From NCBI RefSeq assembly GCF_037042905.1, contig NC_087249.1, positions 9,550,001 to 9,614,000 on the forward strand: a stretch of DNA of 64,000 nt, in the 5' to 3' direction. The notes beneath the pieces were generated by a model. That model worked only from the letters and a program-made list of their open reading frames with translations, had not been told where the DNA came from and searched no databases. The position numbers and the translations under genes are program-made. Source of the stretch: Lytechinus pictus (taxonomy: Eukaryota). This document shows, one piece after another, positions 38,340 to 52,900 of the stretch (positions are counted from its first letter, which is position 1; every line of letters begins with the position of its first letter).

Positions 38340-38763
38340 TATATGGGACTCATGATGTATTCATGAGGTGATGTTTTTGGCCCCTCTTGACCAATTCCCA
38401 CCGAATTCAGTCTGTGGGTGTTTTTATCGTGTCCCGCCCAGGTATGGTATAAAAAATGCAGAAATACAAAAAAAATTGTGATATCATCACTTTGGTACTC
38501 TATTAAGTATACTGAACTGGAGCACAGCGGATTATCATACAATGGTGTTAAAAATTTATTGAACCCCACCTGAAAATGCACTCCTTCATGCCGAGTGTTG
38601 AATGGAGACAACAACACTACAATGTTTGTCAGGCCCAGAGAAACAAACTTTATTGAATGTAATATTTTATCACCTGACTTCAAAATTAAATATCTAAAAC
38701 GTGGCAGAACTTGAAATATGTTCATTTTCTGATGGGGTTCACCAACTTTATAACACCACTGTA
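38340..38763. mobile_element. Tc1/mariner-like right-end fragment
   Basis: ends GGGGTTCACCAACTTT...CACCACTG|TA, a typical Tc1-type terminus; no partner TIR found and the left boundary is approximate. Confidence 0.45.
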
Positions 38764-40920
38764 TACAGGAACTGGTGTATATATATATTGGATTTGTCTC
38801 GATGTATATAATTATAAGTACAGCACTGAAATGTTAGTATATTCATAATGAATTGTGAATTCCGAGATGGGTTTTTTTTGTACATTTGGATGGATTAAGA
38901 ACCCAGATGCATGTTGAATTATTTCCAATAAAGAGGATTTGTACTTTTAGTTCCATATTGATTATTTCAAATACATATTCATTTTGCATGAAAATCAATT
39001 GAAGATGTTCGAATTTATGAACAAAAATTACATGTTGCTTGAAAAGCACTTTGGCACTTTTATGTTAGAGATTGTCCTTGTCATTTATTATTTTGCTTAT
39101 TCTTCGGCTATCATAACTGAAAGTGCCTTGTTAGCTATATAGCAAATTTGTGATTGCCATGTATTTACAACTACATTTATTTAGTGTATTATTTGTATAT
39201 CTGTTTACCACTATGGTATGTAATATTGATTTATTCCTACTGGTTTTTGTTTCAACAAAGTGTATTAAGAGAGAGCACATTTCAAGGCTCCATGTATCTT
39301 TTTTTTTCAATGGTCAAGTACTCTAGAAATGAAGATATTCTCAATTTCGACACATTATTGTATTGCCTCTTATGTTCTCATTTTTTTCCTTGGCATTGAG
39401 AGGGTTCATCGCAAGAAACTTATTCGCATCGATCGCGAGGAACTTATTGACAATCAATTGAAGATTTTGATTGTAAGTTTGCACTTCGGCAAATCAATTT
39501 GCTGCAAAACAGAGTCACCGACCGTTAATGATTTGGATTTTCTTAGCATTAAAAGGTCTTAACCAGAATTTATTTGTGGTTGCAAATTTGCATTTGGTAG
39601 ATAAATTTTTACCACAGCAAATCTATTCATATGCTGCAAGACAGAAACTAGTAATGATTTGCACTTATTTATGAGTTGACTTGTAATTATTTGCAAGTAT
39701 TTTACTATGCCCTGTTAGACATTTTCACTTTAATAGTAAATGTATTCAGTGATATTTTTTTGTTTGACATGACGGGGGGGGGGGGGGATATGATGCTGCG
39801 GCCACTTTGGGCATATTTGCCCCATCTACTAAAATAATTTCCTAAATATTCAGAGCATCAAGTAAATATGAAAATTTTTATTTTAAAAATATCTTTACAC
39901 ACTAATCACTTGATGGTATTTTTCATTTTTGCTGTATTAATGACAAGTATGTTGCATTATGGTGAAGATACCATTTCCTTGTGCTAAAGTGTTTGTGGAT
40001 GATTTTATCAATTTGGTCTAGCTCTTGATTTACAGCATTTTGATTGAAAAAAAAAAAGGAAATCGTTGAAAAAAAAAGAACAGTTCCATTTTACGTGGTG
40101 AACATGAAGGCATTTTCTGGGGTGCCCACTATTCACATATTCACCGCCCGGGATCCGGGCCTGTAAGTTATGCACCTTGTTGACCTGTTCTATCGATAAA
40201 TGTCAACACAGTGGGGATGAGTTTCCTACAGTGTATAACAATTATCAGCATCTGATACTAAGCACCACATTTAGATGCTTCTTGACAACAAAAATGCAAT
40301 CGAAGATTGGATATCAACTTTGATCAAAATTTAGCAATTGCAGGTTAAAGGGGAAGTTCACCCCGACAAAAGGTTTATTGTAAAAATAGCAGAAAAAATA
40401 ATAAAAAATATTGCCGAAGGTTTGAGAAAAATCCATCAAAGAATAGAAAATTTATTAGAATTTTAATTGTTTGATTTGTGACATCATATGCAAGCAGTTT
40501 TCTTACATATTGTATGGTAAAAAAAATCCATGAAATGATATTTTCTCAGAAAATTGTAAATGGTTTTTACTTGTTCCTTCAGTATATCAATAGAAAATTT
40601 GATATTTATGCATTTTATGTTACATAACATATGGGGCAGCTGCTTTATGACGTCACAAATCCAAAACTTAAAATTCTAATAATAGTCTTTAATGGATTTT
40701 CCTCAAAACTTCACCAATATTTTATTTTTATTTTTGGTAAACTCCGGTGTAACTCATGAAACATCCTTGGAGTGTAGTGTAGTGGTTTCATGGTACACTG
40801 TATTCTTTTTGTGGGCATATGTCCTGAAAAGGACTAGCCAAACTCGACGTTTCAACTAGTACCATGAAACCACTAGACTCTGACTCTTCTTAACCATGGA
40901 AACCTTCAGAAGATAATCAT

Positions 40921-41181
40921 GGGTCCCGTCTTACAAAGAGTTAAGATTGATCCAATCAATCTCAACTGTATAGAAATCCATCCATGTACCATAATTTTTG
41001 TACAGGAAATTTGCACAATCTCCTCAGTAAACATGGAATCACACTGAATCTTCAAGAGAACCGTGAATATACATCATATCTAGAAAATATTCTGAATAAA
41101 TTTGCATTTTTTATGTTGACGTTGCTGGCCATCCATAGTTTTGGTTGATTGGATCAATCGCAACTCTGTAAGACGGGGCCC
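40921..41181. mobile_element. MITE family A copy (reverse orientation)
   Basis: same TIR; internal sequence reverse-complemented. Confidence 0.85.
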
Positions 41182-41529
41182 TGGAGTGTGTCATTTTCAT
41201 ATATGCTGCTTGTGAAGGACTCGATGAAAGGCTGAATGTGGTAATTCAAATGAGTTTCTGAATCATATAATGATGCGAAAATTCATTATGTTCTCATTGT
41301 TCGAGTTTTACACATTGGTAAAGAGTGCCTTTCTTTTGCCACAAGCATTTGAATATATGTTTAAACCCAAAATATTAAGAGAATGGGACTCGTATTTATT
41401 TTTGCACTCCATATTCCAATCGTTAATAAGATTATGAAGAGCTTTACTGATGCTACCTTGGTCAGGTTCTTAATGAAAGTGTCATTCAGTGATTTGTAAA
41501 TGTCAAAAAATTGGATGAACATATGAAAA

Positions 41530-41925
41530 CCATTTTTCTCTTTATCTCTTTCTGTTCTCTCTTTCATCTTTCTATTCTCTCCATCTCTCTTTCATATCTT
41601 TCTACTCTCTCAATCTCTCCTTCATATCTTTCTACTCTCGATCTCTCCTTCATATCTTTCTACTCTCCCCATCTCTCTTTCATATCTTTATATTCTCTCA
41701 ATCTCTCCATCAAATCTTTATATTCTCTCAATCTCTCCTTCATATCTTTCTGCTCTATCAGTCTACTTCATATCTTTCTACTCGCCAATCTCTCTTTCTA
41801 CTTTCCCAGTCTCTCTTTCATATCTTCCTACTCTCCTAATCTCTCATCTTCTTTCTCTAGCTCTTTGCTCATCTCCAGCCCTCCATCTATCTCCCTCTCG
41901 TCACTATCTCCCCCTCTCTCAATCT
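41530..41925. repeat. CT-rich degenerate ~30-bp minisatellite
   Basis: repeats of ATCTCTCCTTCATATCTTTCTACTCTC-like units. Confidence 0.85.
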
Positions 41926-43514
41926 AACCCCCCAATGAAAATGATAAATACATCTCAAAGTGAATTTACTTCAAAATATCCATTCATTTAAATAGGCACA
42001 TGTGACCTTCCTTCATAAACTTGCATTTAAAAAAATATCTAAAAAATGGATTTAAAATTTACATAGCTCACTGCATCATGATAATAAATATAAATACAAT
42101 ATCCTTAATTTAGTACACAAGGGTACGTAACTGGCTGTCTTGAAATTACACAATACCAATAGAACTTTGAAAAAACCTGAAAGGGTATTTTGTAGGATTA
42201 TACCAAAATGCTCCTTTGATGTTGATATATACATATACTTCACAGAAATTATGAGAGAAAATGAAATTTTTGAGGGACATTTTTCTTTCTGTCAATTTCT
42301 GTTTCTAATGTATTTTTACTTTTTCCTCAAGCAGAAGCTAATTTGCGGATCCTGTACCATATTCCACAGATGCAAAATTATGTCACAGATTTAAAACCAT
42401 CTTTTCCAGGGTTCCATTTCAAGTTGATATAAAATGTAACCTAAAAATAAATTCAAATACGATGTTAAAAGAATGGGTACTGCTTGAATATCTAGAAGTA
42501 GAAAGGAGAATGAATGCATTTACACAGCCCATGCAACCGATAAGGAAACCTAAATAGGACTGGGATCTGTGAAGATGCATGCTTTCAAAAGTAAGGGAAG
42601 GGGTTTGACAGAATATTTGACCTAAAACCATGGTTCCAATGAACTCCTTTTACGAATTCAGGCCTTGGGGAAAGTTCACAGTGCCCCCTGTTCACTGTTC
42701 AATTTTGACACTGAAAAAATTATATTTTACATTTTGGGTCCATGTGTCCCAGTCACTCAGACATGCTTTGAATATCTCAATGAATGAGATATGAGGGAGT
42801 TTTCACAACCGCTACACAGACACTTTCTGGAACGTAGAGAATCTATTGTCAAATGCCCTTCATGACAATGGAGTCTTTGTCGAGAGCTGGTGAAACGAGA
42901 CGGCAGCTTCGTCGGTGACTCTGGACAAAGGACATATTTGTGACTTTGTCATCTCTAAAACATCGGATGAAATTGCTGTTTCGATTCACCGACCCTTGAA
43001 AGACTTCATTGTGATTTTACTTGCATCGTAGGATTCATTCCGCATCACTGAGCTAAACTCGCTTATTACAAAATAGCAAAACCCGACAACTCTAAAATGC
43101 TTACTTCAAATTGCAAGGAGAATGATACTCCATGGGACGATAAAAATGTACCAAATTGAAGCGATATAAAAACTGAACATACTTAAGGCACTCCACCAAC
43201 TTGCAATAACATTAATACTTCTTTTCCAAGCAAAATTTACAGATATGCCTAATAATAAAATCATTTAAAATCGGAAAGACTAAAAAAATCCTCTCATGAT
43301 TCACAAATGAAAGAAATCAGAGCAAAAATATACAAAAACAGCATTTTATAGATAACATCAATAACACATTAATATCATTGTGCTTTTGAAAGTACTGTAA
43401 TTTTTATGAATCTAATTTTGTAAATCGAATTAAGAAACATTGCAGTAAGAGTTTTTTTTTAGTTTAAAAATGAAAGGCTCTTGAATACAAGCTGTTCTTT
43501 TCATGAGTTCTTAA

Positions 43515-44103
43515 AGGACAAGTCCGACCCCCCCAAAGTTTTTATTTATATGAAACAGAAAAATCCACCAAGCGTAACACTGAAAATTTCATCAAAATTG
43601 GAAGTAAAAAAAGAAAGTTTAATATGACTATTTCAAATTTCACTTAATTTCACACTGGTCAGTATGCTAATGAGGGAATGATCATTGATGACATCACCCA
43701 CTCACTATTTCGATTGTATTTTATTATATGAAATATAAATTATTCTAATTTTCCTTTCATTGCCTGTGAAAAAAAGTCTATTTCTCTCTGGACATGTGGA
43801 TGTACCATTGTTTTAAGATTTTATGGTTCAGACAAGGAGGCCCTAATTGTCAAATTCGTTAAAATTGAAATATTGTATAATCGAAACAATGAAAAACAAA
43901 AGAAATGGTGAGGGACATAATCAACTCTCTTACTTGCATATCACCGAGTTGCGCATGTAACTGTTTTATGGAAAAAAATGCATTATTTCAAATGTCATAA
44001 CTCACTTATATTACATCCGATTTTGATGAAAATTTCAGCGTTATGCTGGTTTGATTTTTCCTTATTAATTCAAATCCATATTTTTCTGAGGTGGACTTGA
44101 CCT
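43515..44103. mobile_element. MITE family G copy
   Basis: TTAA on both sides, same TIR and body. Confidence 0.85.
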
Positions 44104-45574
44104 TTAAAGATATTGATCCTTACAAGTTTTAACTAAATTATTGTGAACCATCTCTGTGAAGACCATCTTGGGATAAATTGCCACATTTGCTATTCAGTAT
44201 CATATATACACAATAATAATGTAAAAGTTACTCTGGACATAATACAATGAAACGTGCTTGTGATGCAGATAAGATGCTATTTAGCACAACTGGAAAAAAA
44301 TAAATAGATAAAAGCTTTAATATTCATGCAGCTGTTTGCTTTAGAAATATAAATTGCCCTAATTTGTGCATAATTGATATCAACAGGATTTTATTTCAGA
44401 GAAATGTTCGGACCCGGTTACATGAAACCTACAATCAATTTTACAGTTAAGTCTATGATACAAACATTACAAGCAATTACAAATATTGATTGCATATCTT
44501 TATGAGACAGGACCCTGATGCGATTATCAAGGAGCCATTTATTCTGTGTATATAAAGTGATTAAATGATGAGTTTGATATATTTAGGTATAGTTTATTTA
44601 CGTATGTATTAAGAAAGATACAATCTCTGTTATAAAAAATGTCTAATGACACAAAATATGTAAAATATCTGGTATTCATCCATATTATGTCAAGAAAAAA
44701 AGGTGTGAATACTTTTATTTCTTGTTCAAGGTGTCAGAGCTATGGGTTCGATATTTGATAAGTTCTAGAAAATAAATTTATAATGAATTGGTTATACTTA
44801 ATACACATTACAGGCATATTACAATAATTATGATTGACATTATTGTTGTTTTAACTGAAAGTACACTTATTCAAGAAAAGGTGACTGTTTTACTTATTTC
44901 TGCACAATCTCTTTTTTTTCCTTGTCTTTTTTGGCCATAATTTTCCAGGGATGAATGAAATACAGATCTTTCTTCTCATGAACATTTCTCTCAATGAATA
45001 AACACAATTTTTCATTACAATACAAGCAAAAGTGTCGAAGAAGACTGGTAAGGTTAACTGCATAGTTCAATGTCAAAAACATGATTGGATATATAAAGGA
45101 TGTAGAAAAGCAGGTTTTTTCAAGCAGCATATGAAAGGTTAAAATGTAACATCAGATACACATGACGTCGTTGAGGAAAAAGATTGCTGTTTTCTTGGTG
45201 AACTCTGATTTAATTTAAGACACGGATTACACCTAACTCTGTGCTAACATTACGGGAAGCTGAAAAAAAGTCCCAACTTGCAGACACTTGTTTTTCTTAT
45301 TACAATTCACCGGGCTCTTTTCTCATTATTTAATGGTATAATGATTTATCATTTCCAGACAGATATTCATACTTTGTGTGCCAATTAAATATAGCATCTA
45401 AATGTTCAGTAACTATACTGTTAAAGATCAGTTTCAAATAAACCAGATATTAAGACCACAGTTTTAAGATAAACAGGAGTTAAGATTACAAACTTTTTAG
45501 GTTTAAATATGACAGGCCATTCATGCCATTGTTTCTTCTCAACAGTGCTGACATATGCCTCATGGTGAAATGTG

Positions 45575-45929
45575 GGGGTGTCATGGTTTAGTGATTATGA
45601 CTCTCGTCTTTTAATCTGAGGGACGTGGGTCCGTTTCCCAGCCATTACGTGTTTTCCTTCACCAAGAAATTTACCCACATTGTGCTGCACTCAACCCAGG
45701 TGAGGTAAATGGGTACCCAGTAGGAAGAAATTCCTTGAATGCTCCAGCGCATGTAGGCATAACGGCTATAGCCGGGGTAATAAAATAATCATGTGAAGCC
45801 TAGGTAGCCAAGCTAAAGACGAGGTAATAATCATAGCAGGGCCCACTGGGAGAACAGTTTTTGGAACTGAAGTGGCTACCCTGGGTAAAAACTGGGTAAA
45901 AACATGTTATTATTCATCATTATTATTAT
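45575..45929 (+). mobile_element. tRNA-derived SINE, same family as 37439
   Basis: shared head and body, ATT-repeat tail. Confidence 0.75.
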
Positions 45930-46168
45930 AAAAAAATTAATAGTATCTCATAATCTGCCTATATATCTCTGAACAGTACACTCTTGAAGAAAGTGAATAC
46001 CGAATCCATTAGCTAATTTAATTTGGACATGGGTCGTCACGCTCCAGTAAGTAACTGGTTAAATTAGCACATCCATTGTGGGCTTGACAATGGCAAGAAC
46101 AGCCTGTCATATTTAATCCAACATCAATCAATCTTCAGAGGCATTGCAGGATAATCAAAAGTGAGTCT

Positions 46169-46394
46169 CAAAATCGATTGCAAGTCTTGCATTTGTTAGC
46201 AAAATCAATTGCAAGTCTTGCATTTGATTGCAAAATCAATTGCAAGTCTTGCATTTGATTGCAAAATCAATTGCAATTCTTGCATTTGATTGCAAAATCA
46301 ATTACAAGTCTTGCATTTGATTGCAAAATCAATTGCAAGTCTTGCATTTGATTGCAAATTCAATTGCAAGTCTTGCATTTGATTGCAAAATCAA
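46169..46394. repeat. 31-bp tandem repeat, ~7 copies, each unit self-complementary
   Basis: unit CAAAATCAATTGCAAGTCTTGCATTTGATTG, period 31. Confidence 0.92.
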
Positions 46395-46897
46395 CCTTGA
46401 ATCGCTGCATCTGCCTCTTGCAATTAATACTGATCTCACCCTTTCCAAATTTGAAATAGTTTGGTGATCGATTGAAAATGAAACTTGTTGCACTACCTGC
46501 TTTAATTTGATATGGGGCCAGTTTCATAAAGAAGTACAACTGTTGTAACTTTGCTATTATGGCAACTACCATGGTAACAGGGCTCAGCAGCCAATCACAA
46601 TCAAGGTTACCATGGTAGTTACAATAATGACAAAGTTACAACAGTTGTAACTCTTTATGAAACGGGCCCCAGATGTCCCCAACCCTAGCTTTCCTCATAG
46701 TCGGCAAAATATATATTCTGATGAACTCCTCAAGAAAGTCCATAGCAGTGGCAGAATACTATTTCAAGGGCCATATTGTTTTTGCACGATAGTCGGCCCA
46801 TCACAACTATGGTATTGAGTGTGGATCTGTGTATGGCGTGCCATGTGTCCCATAAAGGCCATAAACTCAGTTTAGCTCAGAAAAACTCATCATTGGA

Positions 46898-46985
46898 TCA
46901 GAGCTCTGTCAGTAGATTGCGATTGTGGCCATCAGATCGGCTCACTCGAAGTATCTCGGAAGTGGTGATACTCATCCTTTTTCCG
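46898..46985 (-). CDS. EPB41L4A: EPB41L4A-like terminal coding exon (GKRMSITTSEIL...NLLTEL*)
   Basis: tttag| acceptor, phase matches the previous exon, TGA stop at 46900-46898. Confidence 0.8.
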
Positions 46986-49900
46986 CTAAATGATATATTG
47001 AAAGAAAGAAAGCATCACAATTAAGAAGAGTATGACAAAATACAGTGAAGGCACTGTAAATGTAATCAACTAATTAAATATCAAAAGGGGAGAAGTTGCC
47101 TAAACTACCTTAATAATTCCCATCAGTTAAAAGCATGATGTAAATTTTCTGAATTAACAGAAGTAGAAAATAATTCATGTGGAAAATTGAGTTTTTTTAG
47201 GTAAGAGGTTAGACCTGGGCCCTGTTGCATAAAAGTATATTATATAATAACTTTGCCATTCGATGGTAACTACCATAGACACAATACAATGCTAAGTAGC
47301 CAATCAGAATCAAGGATTCCATGAAAGATACCACTGACTGGCAGAGTTACTATTACGATAACTTTTCTGCAACAGGCCCCTATTTAGTGACATCACAGTA
47401 GGCCTACTAAATGCAACAATGCAAAGCAAACAGAGGCATGTTCACATCCAATATGCCTTGGTTATGTACTCAAATGTGATAACCATTCAATTTTGCAAAG
47501 TTTAAACTCATCCTAATTCCTGAATTTTACTTGTCTAATAATTTACGTTCACCTGAAAGTATACCTGATGTGTGTTTCATAAAACTGCTCATAAGTTGCA
47601 AGCAAGTAAGCAACTTTAAGTTACTGTTGATCATTTCTTAGGAACTAAGTCAGTATCAATGAAAAATTTGGTAATATACCTCAAGAAGGGATCGCCAGCG
47701 GCCAGTCGTTTGTAACGTCGCTCGAAACTTTTGAACAGCTTTATGAAACACCCATCCGAGCCCCATTATAATAATCGTAGGGTGGTAGAACCAATTAGTT
47801 GTAGGGTGGACTTTTTAATCTTAAATAACATTGATCATCAAAGCAATACAATTAAACTGTAAGATTAGTCACTAAGCTTTGTGTTACAGGCTCCAGTTTT
47901 TCCTTGATGGTAAAGAAATTGAATGCTCTTTCTGAAAAAGCATTAAAAACATGCTGCTTTTCAACATGCACTCATCGGAGTAAAATTGCATGAATAAACA
48001 GAACGTTAGAACGAAGCAATATATCATACGATTTAAAAGACAATGAACGCTAAGCGACGAGCTGTGATTGGCTGTCAAGGTAAACAAATTAGTCTTAGTA
48101 AAAAGCTGTTCATTGAAGCAAAGCAACTAAAATATCAAGGGTTCTTACACACTCCTTCTGGAGGCACAGTTGCTTTGCTTTAACAGCTGTTTACTAAGCC
48201 TAATTTGTTTACCTTGACAGCCAATCACAGCTTGTTGTTTAACGTCCATTGTTTATTTCGGTTCTATTAAAAATTGTTTCGTTCTAGCATTCTGTTCATT
48301 CTTGCGATTTTACTTCAATGAGTGCATGTTGAAAAGCTCGAGTATGGCTATTTTTAATGCTATTTTCCGATTCTGCAGTACCAATCATGTATTTATGAAT
48401 GCTCTTTAGACAATAACTTAGTAGATTCACTAAGTTTCATTTTGAATCCAAAACTAATCATAAAAATATAAGGTGTCTTCAAAACATTTAATATGAAGAC
48501 AAAGAAAATGATTGCAGAGTGAACTCTGTTAAGCAACAAATACATGTATGTAAAATGCTTTTTATCATAAGTAATATTCTGATAACAAAGAAATTAGTTG
48601 CAAATATTATTTTTTAATCCATGCATTTCTTCACTCGACTATAACTGGATTATTCAGAGCAAATAAAGTAACAAATTTCAAACCAAACATTTTTTTTACA
48701 ATGACTATATAAAATAATGGGTACATGCAGTTAATATGGTAATATTCAAATATCATTAATTACTCAACTGCTGAAAATAAATATCTGCTTGAATATTGGA
48801 AAATGTCTAAATACAGAGCGAAGGGCATTAAAATTATAAGTTGGATTTATACAATATAACATGGATTTCATAAAATGGACAAATGGCTATAAAAGCATAA
48901 ACAAGTTTTGAACATGACATTATTGGGGGGTTAAATAGGATTAATTTAATAGCGATAATGGGAATATTATTATACTGCTGTTGATATATAAACTTCCATT
49001 CAAACAGTCCTGCATTCAAATGTGGTTATAAAATGTAATTCAAATCATGTGTATGAAAATATGTGATAATTCATTTGTAACATACTGGAAATTTGTGGTA
49101 TTATGAAAATATATGTTAACCATTATGAATTGGATCACAGTCAGGATAATAAAAGCATGGGAATAGGTGAGTGATTTTGTACTGGTGGGAAAAATTGGAA
49201 TTAACATATGAACTTTGCATATAGGTATGAAATATGTAAATATATATATATAAAATGACAGATTACATAATAGCTTGTGTATTGAGAGTTGTAAATCAAA
49301 GGCAGGAGATTAAAAGTAAATAAATTATTAAATACTTGCCCCCCTCCCCCCCAAAAAAAAATCAATATGGAATGATTAGAAATTATTTGAATATATGTTG
49401 GAAAAAATGTCACAATGTCTGACCAAGATGTTATTTGTGTACTGACAGTGCATGACCTCGCACTGAGAGGATATATAAATGTAGGTATGTAAAAGTGTAT
49501 CAGAAGCTATGTCAAGGAGAGGGGTGTTGTAGGGTGGGGTAAGGGGAATGCAAACTAGGAGTGGAGGAAAATTTCACCATGTTAATAACATCTATTCAAA
49601 CGGACGGATGATCATTCCTTCAAATAATAGTACATGCTTTTAGGCAACGTAGAAAGTGGTTGAATTAACAAAAAAGACATATTTGATAGCTGACATCCTC
49701 TCCTTTTGACAAGCTAGCATCCATAATATAAATGGTACTATTCTCAGACCCTGAATCTTTCCAAATTCATTTGGTACATATAATAAACATTAAGTGTATA
49801 TATAATAGTATATTATTATTAGAGCCTTTGTAATGTTTTGCTGCTAACTCCACAAAGTTACTTACCCGCCTCCTTTGACTACAACAGGGGGAGGATGCTT

Positions 49901-52900
49901 AACATCAGGGATGAAATCCGGTTTCTGTCCACCACTGACTCGACCTTTATTCCGAGAAGTGGGAGGATACTCATGGCTACCCTTCCCGATATCGGTCCCT
50001 GCTGGTTGCCGTGACGATGGACCCTGCCCTTCATAGTTACTATGACTGGATCGGACCGATCGATTGCTGCTCCTCGCTCCTTGGCCGAGTTTGTCAAGTT
50101 CATTCAGGAGTTCACTCACAGCTAGGATATCAACACCGGAATGAAGGCGTCCACCGGCAGCGGGATGCAGTCCGTTCCGTAGCGGTAGTTGGTGGCTACC
50201 CGTGCTTATGTTAGAGTTATAGCTGCTGCGTTGCTCAAGCCCACCGTTTGGAATTTGTAAATGTTTGACAGAACCATCTGATCCACGAGGCCTGGATTGG
50301 TCGCCTTGCAATGAGATTTGCTTGTCGCCCAAGGGACGGGAGCGAGGGAAGGGTTTTTGATGATTGGTAGAGGAAGATGATGATGATGATGGTGGAAGCA
50401 TAGAAGTTTTGGGATGATTGTTTTTTGGAGCAGAGTTAGGAGCAAAGTTCGATGATGGATGTCCTTGCTTGGAGACGGGGTGATGCTGCGGAATGGAAGA
50501 ATGCGGTGGTTGCTGGGCGTGTCCCTGGTGGTAGGCGTTGCCCGCCTGGCTGGGGTTATTTCTGAGAGGTGGAGGGGCGTTTGTTTGGACGGGTCTTGGC
50601 TTCAACCTGGCGAAGAGTTGAAGAGGAAGTGAAAGAAGAACAGAAATGATGTACAGATGAGAAATGAATGGAAAGGCATGCATTGCTATGGTTGCTAAAC
50701 AAACACAATATTTGTATGTCTATACAGTCGAAGGAAGAGAGAATGAAGGAACACATGAAACATGGATCATGTTCAGAATGAAAGTTCCAGTGAAAAAAAA
50801 AACAAGACAAAAACAAATGAACATGAATGAATGAGGAAGACTGGGATTAAATATTAGTGCCTTTTCAAAACATACACCTTTTACAAACAGCATTATTACA
50901 TTCCAATGCAATATGTAGTTAAACTGGTAAAATGAGAATATAAAGGATCATTAGGATATATATCAAACAAAAATATGATTTCCACACATGCACTGGATTA
51001 GATACAATTGTTATGCATGACCATGTTCCGTCTATTACCTCTCCGTTTTTGGCGTACGAGGGGGTGCTATTTTAACGAGATATCACACTTTGTGAGGATA
51101 CCTTTGTTATTTTCTGAGCTGCAATAAAAGAAATAATGATTTCAAATATAATACAATGATGGGAAGTAAAATGAATTGGCAACTTCCAAAATAAAGAAAT
51201 ATATATCACTATAATAGTAATACAAATATATCAAAGACTTGATTTTTCTTAAATCTCATTTCCAGCATGTTTATTGAAAAATGAACAATAATGAAAATAT
51301 GTTGGAAAGAGCTACTCAAACATTTGTATAAATTTTTTTTTTATAAATCATGGAAAATTAAGTTTACATAGTTCCCGAGTCAAATCTAATAAAAATATAG
51401 AAGCAATACTTTTTATAAAAGCAGACAATAATATGCTGCAGGAATTGAAACTATAAATCCCCCAAAATGCTGTAAACTGTAGCAATTTGTTCTTAATATA
51501 TTAAATTAATATTTTATTGATATTTTTAAAAGATAATATCTTGCAGAAATTAAAGTGGGGTTTCTTTGTTCTTAGACATCATATGAGAGAAAAAGCCTTG
51601 AGTTTTACCTTGTGTTATAAGTAGTAGGCTCTTCTTGCTCAAAGCCCGAGTCTTCTCTCGTGTGATGTATGCCAGGTCTTACGGAAGATGCAGGGTTGGG
51701 TCTGATGGGGTTGCCATTGGCAACAGGAGCATGGGAAGACGTGTATCCAGGGGGCGGGGCATATGTGGATGGGTGTGGCTGGTCGGCATGAAACTGCATT
51801 GACCCTGTCGATGTTTGTGGTTCAGAATAAGGCATGGGAGGCTGCTTATGGTAGAGATAAAAAGACCACGAGAGAGAGAGAAAAAAGGTGCAAAGATGAA
51901 GTTTGGTCATCGTCATAAGATTAAATTAAGGAAGAAACTGTGTAAAAGTGTTTGGCAAATGTGGATAGTAATGCATGAAAATCATTAAAAAAAATATATC
52001 ATCAACATTATACTGATCCTCACATACATCCACTTGGTCTACTAGCAGATGGTCTAATCCTGAGACCGTCTAACCATATCACGGCTAAACCCACTTGCTC
52101 TACAATCAATTTGGTCCAACCATCACTTGGCCTAAACTGTCATCTCATTTCCAATTAGTCTACTTATTTAATACTTTGTACTTTGATTTAATTTCAAGTT
52201 TTATTCATCAACAGTTCACCTAATCATATAAACTAAGTTAGAACAAGTGGATATAAGGCCATATTGGTATGGCCCAACTGAAAATAAGGCTAAATAAATC
52301 ATAAATGGGCTAAATGGCAATTAGACCAAATGGCTGGTAGATGAACCAGTGGTGCACACAAATTAGACCACGTATGATGAGACCTAATGGAAAGTAGACA
52401 AAATGGGTATAGATCAGGGCCCTATCTTACAAAGAGTTGCGATTGTACCAATCAATCGTAACCATGGAAAGCCAGCAACATCAACATCTAAAATACATGT
52501 TTCTTCAAAATATTTTCTAGATATATGTATATTCATACATTCACTGTCTTCTTGTCAATTAAGTATGCTTCACTTTGTTTTCATAGAACATTGTGCAAAT
52601 TTCCTTTAAAAAAACTATGACATTGATGGATTTCCATATACTTGGGGTTGATCAGATCAATCGTAACTCTTTGTAAGACTGGGCCGAAATGACTATTTAC
52701 CTTGGTAGTTTGATCATGTGCTTACCTTTTGTTGGTTTATTGCACTATCATACTGGTCGGCTTCGGATTGCTGTTGATGGCTGAACATCCCCTGGCCTCT
52801 CTGAGCGAGAAGATAACTTGGTATATCATCTCTTCCTTCTCCTCCTCCTCTATTTGCCTCTGCCCTAGAGGGCCTCCCATTGGCATTTACCTGGATAACG

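Noticed and set aside
46169..46394. CRISPR-like array of palindromic ~31-bp repeats
   Set aside because: The repeats are contiguous with no unique spacers, there are no cas genes, and the context is eukaryotic.
52701..52725. Alternative downstream donor (AAG|GTAAAT at 52701) extending an EPB41L4A-like exon
   Set aside because: It adds 25 nt and would break the frame with the next exon.
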